DNA from: Thermofilum pendens Hrk 5 | Lineage (GTDB): Archaea > Thermoproteota > Thermoprotei > Thermofilales > Thermofilaceae | NCBI RefSeq assembly: GCF_000015225.1 | Contig: NC_008698.1 | Location: 1,140,001-1,172,000, forward strand | Reading direction: 5' to 3' | Length of the DNA stretch: 32,000 nt | In this document: positions 9,120-15,104 of the stretch, piece by piece | Layout of the letters: every line of letters begins with the position of its first letter | Position numbering within the stretch: position 1 is the first letter of the stretch | Notes under the pieces: model-generated | The model's database searches: none | The model's input: the letters and a program-made list of their open reading frames with translations, nothing else | Told to the model about the DNA's origin: nothing | Position numbers and translations under genes: made by a program

Positions 9120-9903
9120 GAGCGTGGCGGAGCCGTTGCTGGAGATGAGGGGGATAGTGAAGAGGTTCGGCAGGGTGGAGGCGCTTAGAGGCGTAGACTT
9201 CCACGTCGGCAGAGCCGAGGTGGTCGGGCTAGTCGGCGACAACGGGGCGGGGAAGTCCACCCTCGTGAAGATAATCGCCGGCGTCTACCAGCCGGACGCC
9301 GGGCAGATGTTCTTCGAGGGGCAACCCGTCGTGTTCAGGCACCCGAGCGAGGCTAGGGCTAGGGGCATAGAGATAGTCTACCAGCACCTCGCGCTGATAG
9401 ACTTGCTGAGCATAGACAGGAACATATTCCTCGGAAGGGAGCCCACCAAGAGGATAGGCCCAATAGCGATCCTAGACAAGGCGAGGATGGAGAGGGAGGC
9501 GTGGAGCATACTGCAGGACATCGGGCTTAGGAGGATCCGCTCGCCGTCTGAGAGAGTAGCGAAGCTCAGCGGGGGAGAGAGGCAGAGCGTGGCTATAGGG
9601 AGAGCCATGCACTTCAAGGCAAAGCTACTAATACTCGACGAGCCGACAGCCGCCCTCTCGGTGCGCGAAACGCGGAGAGTGCTCGACCACGTACTAGAGG
9701 TCAAGAAGCAGGGAGTAAGCGTCATAATAATCTCCCACAACATCTACCACGTCTACGAGGTATCCGACAGGATAGTAGCACTGGACCACGGCAGAAAGAT
9801 ACTCGACGTGCCAAGGGAGAAGGTTACCCCCGAGGAAGTAATAGACGTAATCAGGACGGGAGCCCCCGCCACCCCACAGCCAGAAGAAAACCAGCGCGTA
9901 TAA
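9112..9903 (+). CDS. Sugar ABC transporter ATP-binding protein (single nucleotide-binding domain)
   Basis: 263 aa. Walker A GDNGAGKST, signature LSGGERQSVAIGRA, Walker B LLILDEPTAAL. GTG start overlaps the permease stop by 8 nt. Confidence 0.9.
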   Translation: MGESVAEPLLEMRGIVKRFGRVEALRGVDFHVGRAEVVGLVGDNGAGKSTLVKIIAGVYQPDAGQMFFEGQPVVFRHPSEARARGIEIVYQHLALIDLLSIDRNIFLGREPTKRIGPIAILDKARMEREAWSILQDIGLRRIRSPSERVAKLSGGERQSVAIGRAMHFKAKLLILDEPTAALSVRETRRVLDHVLEVKKQGVSVIIISHNIYHVYEVSDRIVALDHGRKILDVPREKVTPEEVIDVIRTGAPATPQPEENQRV

Positions 9904-9924
9904 ACGAATCGCGTATAAACGAAA
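9895..9924 (+). repeat. Tandem 15-bp duplication cgcgtataaacgaaT / cgcgtataaacgaaA spanning the ATPase stop codon
   Basis: Read directly. The copies at 9895-9909 and 9910-9924 differ only at the last base, and each carries an in-frame CGC GTA TAA. Confidence 0.9.
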
Positions 9925-9926
9925 AG

Positions 9927-9953
9927 CATATATTATTCGCCGTTACTAACGGC
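9927..9953 (+). promoter_or_regulatory. TATA-like box (catatattatt, 9927-9937) followed by a perfect 7-bp-arm palindrome gccgtta-c-taacggc (9939-9953)
   Basis: The box is centred about 24 nt upstream of ATG 9956. The palindrome sits over the expected transcription start, the position expected for an operator. Confidence 0.4.
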
Positions 9954-9955
9954 AC

Positions 9956-10156
9956 ATGTCTGCGGAAGGCGAAAAATTCTCGCTAGTAGCTACGTTCGAC
10001 CCGGCAACGCAGAAACTAGTCATCGAGTTCCACCCGGCGACCTCGGAGCCCCCGGACGCCACCCTCTCCTGGGCTGAGGGGAGGCCCTCCCGGCTCGTGA
10101 TACACGACTACAAGAGCTTCCTCTGTAAAATACTCGAAGAAGTGTTGCGCCGCTAA
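9956..10156 (+). CDS. Small hypothetical protein (66 aa)
   Basis: ATG ORF with its own TATA-like box and G/C-biased third codon positions. No recognisable motif. Confidence 0.5.
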   Translation: MSAEGEKFSLVATFDPATQKLVIEFHPATSEPPDATLSWAEGRPSRLVIHDYKSFLCKILEEVLRR

Positions 10157-10162
10157 GGGCGG

Positions 10163-11581
10163 CTAGGCTAGCTCGGCGACCTCTCGGAGGACTTCCCACA
10201 CAGTCTTCTCCCACTCAGCGGAAGGCTTCAGGCTCTTCAAGTCGTAGAGCTCCCAGAACGGCTTCCCGGGGTTCGGGCTGGAAAGCTTGTCGGCGTACTT
10301 CTCGTACAGCTCCAGAGCGGCGGACCACGCCGCGCCCACGCTCACCTTTTTCTCGGCGACGAGGTCCGCCAGGCTCGCGACGAACCACGACTCGAAGCCA
10401 CCGCCGTTCGGCTGGGTCCCGTTCGCCGGTACGGGTCCAAGCACGTTGAGCCCCGACGCTACGGCGACGAACGTGTTGGCGGCCGCCTCGTAGAGGTACT
10501 CTCTCGTGCCGCCCCCGTTGGCAGGCCAGATGTCTGCCACGACCGGGAGTCCCATGTACCTGTTCGCGAGGCCGACGACGGACTCTACCCACATGCATTC
10601 AAGCGTCGAGGTCGCCTTCCTCAGTATGTGAACCGGGTGCACCAGGAAGTAGCCAGCCTCGTAAGCGACCAGCGCGAGGAGAGTCTCGGCGACGCTGACG
10701 ATAGCGGAGCCCGCGGGCCCCCTCGCGTACCCGCCCACCACGGGGTCTACCAGGGCGGCCCCTATGAGCCCCCTCGCTAGCCCGACGTACGCCTTAGTCA
10801 ACTGACCATAGTCCGTTTTAAGCTCGTTAAGCACGGGGAGCAACTGGGCGTCCCCCTCTCCCAGGAGCCCGAGGGAGAGGGCGGAGAGGCTCCCCACCGA
10901 GGACACGCTACTCTCAGCCCCCAGTACGTGCATACCGGGCCTCCCGACAGCCCGCAGAGCCCTCCTAACCCCCTCAGCCTCCTCGATACCCGCCAGCGCC
11001 TCGCTCGGCGCGTAGCCCCGCACAGCCTCCCCCGCTACAGCCTGGATGCTCCCGTGGTCCAAGGCGTCTACCCTCGGCACAGCGGCGTACGAAGCCGCGG
11101 ACGCCTCGAAGAACTCCAGAGGGACGGGCGTCCCCGCAAGGCCCCCGAACACGAAGACCCTGTCCCCCGGGCCCCTCGCTCGGAGCACCCTCTCGTCCTT
11201 GCCGCGCCCGACCCTGAGCTCCCTCGGGGCGTTCCTCAAAGCCTCCCTGACCTCCTCCTCGGTGAACCTCGCAACGCGCGACTCGTCGACCACGTAGAGC
11301 CCCGTCTCGACGGCGAGGGTGAACCCAGCCTCGAAGACGGGTTTAGCCAGGTCCTCGCTGGGAGCCGGGCTCGACGGGTCGAAGCTAACCCCGTACTCCT
11401 TCTCCAGCTCGGCGACCCTCCTGGAAACCCTCTCCAAGTCGAACCTCTTCTGCTCTACGTACTCCCCCTTCCTCGCCCTCAGCTCTACGAGGAGCGGCCC
11501 CCTCACGCTGTGGAAAACGCTCCGCGAGCTTATATACTTGAAGCGCGTGCTCTGCGTAGCTCCTCTACGAGCTTCGCACAC
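10163..11581 (-). CDS. MtmB-family (monomethylamine methyltransferase-like) protein lacking pyrrolysine
   Basis: 472-aa ORF, colinear with my recollection of Methanosarcina barkeri MtmB across its whole length. Matching blocks include GRPGMHVLGAESS versus GRPGMGV-Pyl-GPETS, LNELKTDY versus LNELKIDL, and LYEKY..PGKPFWELYDLKSLKPSAEW versus LYEKNY..AGKTFQECYDVKTVTPTEEY. The start is uncertain: GTG 11581 overlaps the corrinoid gene by 52 nt, while an alternative GTG at 11506 lies 24 nt downstream of that gene's stop. Confidence 0.8.
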   Translation of the reverse strand: MCEARRGATQSTRFKYISSRSVFHSVRGPLLVELRARKGEYVEQKRFDLERVSRRVAELEKEYGVSFDPSSPAPSEDLAKPVFEAGFTLAVETGLYVVDESRVARFTEEEVREALRNAPRELRVGRGKDERVLRARGPGDRVFVFGGLAGTPVPLEFFEASAASYAAVPRVDALDHGSIQAVAGEAVRGYAPSEALAGIEEAEGVRRALRAVGRPGMHVLGAESSVSSVGSLSALSLGLLGEGDAQLLPVLNELKTDYGQLTKAYVGLARGLIGAALVDPVVGGYARGPAGSAIVSVAETLLALVAYEAGYFLVHPVHILRKATSTLECMWVESVVGLANRYMGLPVVADIWPANGGGTREYLYEAAANTFVAVASGLNVLGPVPANGTQPNGGGFESWFVASLADLVAEKKVSVGAAWSAALELYEKYADKLSSPNPGKPFWELYDLKSLKPSAEWEKTVWEVLREVAELA

Positions 11582-12213
11582 TTCTCCACGGCGTCCACCG
11601 CGTCCCTGCCGTAGGCGTCCGCGCCTATCTCCCTCGCGATCTCCTCGGTTACGGGGGCTCCCCCCACTATCACCTTGACCTTGTCCCTGAGGCCCGCCGC
11701 CTTCAACGCGTCTATAACGTTCCTCATCTCCAGCATCGTGGTAGTGAGGAGAGCGCTCATACCGACAACCTCCGCCCCGTACTTCTCGACCGCCTCCACG
11801 AACCTCTCGGGCGGCACGTCCACCCCGAGGTCCACCACCTCGAAGCCGTTAACCCTGAGCATAGTGGCGACGAGGTTCTTGCCGATATCGTGTATATCCC
11901 CGCGCACCGTCCCTATCACCACGCGCCCCCTAACGCCGGCCCGGGAGCCCTTAAGCCTCGGCAACACGTACTTCTCCATCACCGAGTTGAATATGTCCCC
12001 AGCCTCGACGAGCTCCGGGAGGAAGTACTCGCCTCTCTCAAACCTAACGCCGACCTCCACCATCCCCTTTCTCAACCCCTCCTCGACGACCTCCACGACG
12101 TCGCAGCCAGCCTCGAGAGCCTCGGAGACCAGGCGCTCGACAGTCCCGGCGTCCAGGTCGGCGAGCCTCCTCGAGATCTCCGCGTAGACACCCCTGCAGT
12201 CCACGGGGATCAC
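11530..12213 (-). CDS. Cobalamin-binding corrinoid protein (MtmC/MtbC/MttC-like)
   Basis: 227 aa. N-terminal helical cap domain plus a B12-binding Rossmann domain with GDIHDIGKNLV (DxHxxG), MSALLTTT (SxL) and VIVGGAP (GG). The GTG start forms a GTGA overlap with the upstream small ORF. Confidence 0.88.
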   Translation of the reverse strand: MIPVDCRGVYAEISRRLADLDAGTVERLVSEALEAGCDVVEVVEEGLRKGMVEVGVRFERGEYFLPELVEAGDIFNSVMEKYVLPRLKGSRAGVRGRVVIGTVRGDIHDIGKNLVATMLRVNGFEVVDLGVDVPPERFVEAVEKYGAEVVGMSALLTTTMLEMRNVIDALKAAGLRDKVKVIVGGAPVTEEIAREIGADAYGRDAVDAVEKCAKLVEELRRARASSI

Positions 12214-12524
12214 TCCAGTATCAAGACAACCCTCTCGGGCACGAACCTCAGCTCCTCCCCCTCCCTGAGGAAGCGGTAGGCAACCCTAGCCCCTCCCTCG
12301 AACTCCTCCACGTCTACCACGCCGACGCGTACACCCCTTTCCGCGACCATCAACGCGAAGTCCTCGAAGTAGTCGTAGAAGCCGCAAGTCACGCAGAAGC
12401 TACCCACGAACTCGGCGACAAAGCCGTCCCCACGCCACTCCACGACCCTCACCTGCCCCTCGCTACCGTGAAGCCTGTTAAACTCCTCCACAGCCTCCTC
12501 AACGGCTACGCGAGCCTCAACCAC
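12210..12524 (-). CDS. Small CxxC protein (about 105 aa), possibly an Nfu/NifU-C-like fold
   Basis: Frame of track ORF 12210-12614. That ORF begins with TTG and overlaps the pilin-like gene, so I prefer the in-frame GTG at 12524. Contains GSFCVTCG. Its stop overlaps the corrinoid gene start (GTGA at 12210-12213). Confidence 0.5.
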   Translation of the reverse strand: MVEARVAVEEAVEEFNRLHGSEGQVRVVEWRGDGFVAEFVGSFCVTCGFYDYFEDFALMVAERGVRVGVVDVEEFEGGARVAYRFLREGEELRFVPERVVLILE

Positions 12525-12540
12525 GCCGCAAGAAACGAGC

Positions 12541-12553
12541 AGAAAAAGAAAAA
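12541..12553 (-). terminator. Oligo-T tract (minus sense tttttctttttct) just downstream of the pilin-like gene
   Basis: Plus strand reads agaaaaagaaaaa at 12541-12553, 8 nt after the stop at 12562-12564. Confidence 0.35.
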
Positions 12554-12561
12554 CCTTACTC

Positions 12562-13005
12562 TTACCCTCTGTACGTGAATACGTAGGAAGCCTTAGTGCC
12601 GTACTTCGTGACAACCTCGACAGTATAGGTATTACCGGCTGTTAGAGTGACAGAAGTAGTCACCGTACTGACTTGTCCAGGACTAATTACTACGGGAGTT
12701 GCAAGTTGATAATTATTATTATTACTGTTTATTATTGTTCCTGAACCGTTAAAGACGTAGATCGTGGTGATGTTAACCTTTACATCTCCAACGTTTCTCA
12801 CGTATGCGGTTAACGTAGTGCCATTGTAGCTTACTGCTTCTATTGCGATTCTCTCTTGTAGCTGGGTTGTGCTTGCTTGCTGTGTGAGGGTTCCTTGGTA
12901 CCCGGTGATCCAGATGTACGCTAGGACTGCCGCGGCTACTGCTATGACTATTAGGAGTAGTGTTGCTATTACGGGGCTTACGCCCCTCTTTTTCATCGTT
13001 TTCAC
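12562..13005 (-). CDS. Archaeal type IV pilin-like protein with class III signal peptide (DUF361 / archaellin-N-terminal-like)
   Basis: MKTMKKRG|VSPVIATLLLIVIAVAAAVLAYIW is the canonical prepilin-peptidase (PibD/FlaK) substrate N-terminus. The rest is a T/N/V-rich beta-type domain. GTG at 13005 or ATG at 12996. The TATA-like box (minus sense cgtatataaag, plus 13029-13039) sits about 29 nt upstream of GTG 13005 and about 38 nt upstream of ATG 12996. Confidence 0.8.
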   Translation of the reverse strand: MKTMKKRGVSPVIATLLLIVIAVAAAVLAYIWITGYQGTLTQQASTTQLQERIAIEAVSYNGTTLTAYVRNVGDVKVNITTIYVFNGSGTIINSNNNNYQLATPVVISPGQVSTVTTSVTLTAGNTYTVEVVTKYGTKASYVFTYRG

Positions 13006-13054
13006 CGGTAATACCTTTGTATTTTTAGCTTTATATACGTAGCGATAAAAATGG

Positions 13055-13882
13055 CTATATGTTGCCGCCGTAGTAGTCTGCCCGGGTTAGCTTGAGGAAG
13101 AGTTTCTTCGTGTCCTCTATTTCCCGCTTGACGCGCGGGTCCTCCACCTCCTTTCTGCGCTTCTCGTTGGACTCCAGGACGAACTCGAATAGCTTCGAGG
13201 GGTAGGCTTTGTTCAGTATCTCGGTGTTGGGTATCAGGCAGTGACCACCTATGTAGTCGGGGAAGTAGACGGGCCTGTCTCCCAGCACCTCGTGTACCTC
13301 CGCTATGAATTCGGCTACGACCCTTATGTCGGCGCCGTACCTCGCCGCGACCCTGTGTAGCTCCTGCCACGAGGCTATCATCACGGCTCTATACACGGTC
13401 TCCCAGAGCTTCGCTATCTCGAGCGACTCGGGGCTACTGGCGAGCTTCACCTTGAAGCCTGCCGCCTCCAAGTGCCTCTTCGCCTCTTCGGTGAAGCCCT
13501 CGGGGACCGCACTGACCCACTTCGGCCAGAAGAGCAGGTGCTTCTTCAGGTTTGGGTGCTTCCCCCTGACGGGGGTGTAGGCGACGGGTAGCCTTGCCTC
13601 GCCGTGTAGGAGCCTCGTCGTGCCCGGCGCGACCGTGGAGTGCACGAAGACAGCCCTCGGCTTCAGCTTCTCCGCGTAGGACTTGACGGCGTCGACGAAG
13701 CGCGGAGTGAACGGTATGGCTACGTGCAGGTAGTCCAGCGGCGCCGGCACGTCTTCCAGCCTGTGCACGGTCTTCGACGGGTCCAGGTCGTAGCCGTAGA
13801 CCTCCATCCTCCCGGAGTCCCTGAGAACCTCGTAGACAGCGGAGCCAACCTCTCCTAGACCTACGACGAGCACTCTCTCCAT
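13055..13882 (-). CDS. NAD(P)-binding dehydrogenase of the UDP-glucose/GDP-mannose dehydrogenase family, short form
   Basis: 275 aa. Rossmann N-terminus MERVLVVGLGEVGSAV. The central-domain pattern SLEIAKLWETVYRAVMIASWQELHRVAARYGADIRVV and YIGGHCLIPN resembles the aE..K...N / GGxCxxKD catalytic-Cys block. The protein ends about 50 aa after the Cys, so no C-terminal UDP-binding domain is present. Confidence 0.6.
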   Translation of the reverse strand: MERVLVVGLGEVGSAVYEVLRDSGRMEVYGYDLDPSKTVHRLEDVPAPLDYLHVAIPFTPRFVDAVKSYAEKLKPRAVFVHSTVAPGTTRLLHGEARLPVAYTPVRGKHPNLKKHLLFWPKWVSAVPEGFTEEAKRHLEAAGFKVKLASSPESLEIAKLWETVYRAVMIASWQELHRVAARYGADIRVVAEFIAEVHEVLGDRPVYFPDYIGGHCLIPNTEILNKAYPSKLFEFVLESNEKRRKEVEDPRVKREIEDTKKLFLKLTRADYYGGNI

Positions 13883-13922
13883 ACCCTTCGAGCTTCACGG
13901 CGAATCAAAAATACTTTGTGGT

Positions 13923-14189
13923 TTACGGTTGCATGAAGCCCTCGGACTTCAGTAGCTCTACGCCGTTCTTCAAGAGGTGCGACGCTGCGAGTATGGCGAC
14001 GAACAGGAAGACCGCCTTTCCGAACAGGTAGAGCACCTCGCTGAGCATGGAGCTGAACGCGGCCCCCGCGTCCCCGCCTATCTGCGGCTTCTGGTACGAG
14101 AGGGCTGCCTGCACTGCCAGCACGAAGACGAGGACTATGAGCGCGGCGCCTGAGGCCAGTAGGAGGGCGGCGATCTTCCTGTTGCTCAT
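13923..14189 (-). CDS. Small membrane protein (88 aa, 2 TM)
   Basis: ATG start. A TATA-like element (minus sense aataaatagagg) lies about 33 nt upstream. Two clear hydrophobic helices. Confidence 0.55.
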   Translation of the reverse strand: MSNRKIAALLLASGAALIVLVFVLAVQAALSYQKPQIGGDAGAAFSSMLSEVLYLFGKAVFLFVAILAASHLLKNGVELLKSEGFMQP

Positions 14190-14217
14190 ACCCGACGTAG
14201 AGATTCTCCGCGCGCCT

Positions 14218-14973
14218 CTATTTATTGCTTGCCGGGCACTTTTCCTTGAACCTCGAGGCGTCCTGAGCCATGTAGACGTTGTTGAACATCACGTAGACCT
14301 CCTCGGCGCCCAGCCCGCTCACAATCGAGCAGAGCGTCGATAAGTCCTCGTCGGTGTACCGGTACCTGTAGTTCACCTCGCCCGGGCCTATCCCGTGGAG
14401 CCTGAAGTAGGCCGTGGGCCTCTCGACGACGGGCTTCGACCTGAACGGGTCTACGACGTGGACCACGCGGCTAAACCTCCCCACAACCTCGGCTATCCTC
14501 TCGGGCTTCCTGAGCCAGTCGCCTCTAGGCTCCCAGCCCAGCAGGAAGTCCCCCGTCTCCACCGAGGAGAAGAACTCGACGGCGTTCCTCAGGTTCTCGT
14601 CGCTCGCGTCGAAGCTGGGCGGAGTCTGCAGGACTACGAGCCTCGCCCCCAGGGCTTTCGCGGCCCTAGCGGTCAGCTCCCACGCCTCGAAGACCTCCTT
14701 CGTCGGCCTGAGGAAGCCGTACCTGTCGGCGAGCTCCTTCCCGGGCTTAACCCTCGCCCTCTTCCACGTCGGGCTGTCGAGAGGGTGCGTAACGGCCTGC
14801 CAGGCTTTCATCGTGAAGACAAAGCCCTCCGGCGCCTCCCTCCTCAGCTTCGCGAGCTTCTCGGGGTCGGGCGGGTTGTAGAAAGTCTCCTGGAGCTCCA
14901 CGGCGCTGAACATCGAGTAGTACTTGGAGCGCCCCACGGGGAAGCCGCAACACCCGACGAGCAGCCTCGCCAT
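14218..14973 (-). CDS. DUF72 (UPF0759) family protein
   Basis: MARLLVGCCGFPVGRSKYYSMFSAVELQETFYNPP...EGFVFTMKAWQAVTH matches the DUF72 N-terminal pattern. ATG 14973 is preferred over the upstream TTG at 15015. Confidence 0.8.
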   Translation of the reverse strand: MARLLVGCCGFPVGRSKYYSMFSAVELQETFYNPPDPEKLAKLRREAPEGFVFTMKAWQAVTHPLDSPTWKRARVKPGKELADRYGFLRPTKEVFEAWELTARAAKALGARLVVLQTPPSFDASDENLRNAVEFFSSVETGDFLLGWEPRGDWLRKPERIAEVVGRFSRVVHVVDPFRSKPVVERPTAYFRLHGIGPGEVNYRYRYTDEDLSTLCSIVSGLGAEEVYVMFNNVYMAQDASRFKEKCPASNK

Positions 14974-15104
14974 CGTTAAAAGAGCCGAGTAGCGAGCGAT
15001 AAGCCTAACGTTCAAGCCCTCCGCTCGTGGGCGAAGCCTAAGCCTCGCTCAAGCTCTCGGGCGTAAAGCTTTAAGCTTTGTTGAACAGTTTACCTTGACC
15101 GGGT

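Noticed and set aside
10163-11581. Possibility that the MtmB homologue is a Pyl-encoding gene or a pseudogene split at UAG
   Set aside because: The ORF is continuous over 472 codons with no in-frame TAG. The Pyl-aligned codon is CTG.
10928-11614. 228-aa plus-strand ORF, together with 11675-12187 and 11890-12279, antisense to the MtmB-like and corrinoid genes
   Set aside because: These are P/R/S-rich antisense frames. The minus-strand products carry specific family motifs.
12525-12614. TTG-initiated 5' extension of the small CxxC ORF (track 12210-12614)
   Set aside because: It overlaps the 3' end of the pilin-like gene by 53 nt and crosses that gene's oligo-T terminator. The added peptide (SRSTALRLPTYSRTEGKSKVFLFLLVS) looks non-genic. 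The start nevertheless remains uncertain.
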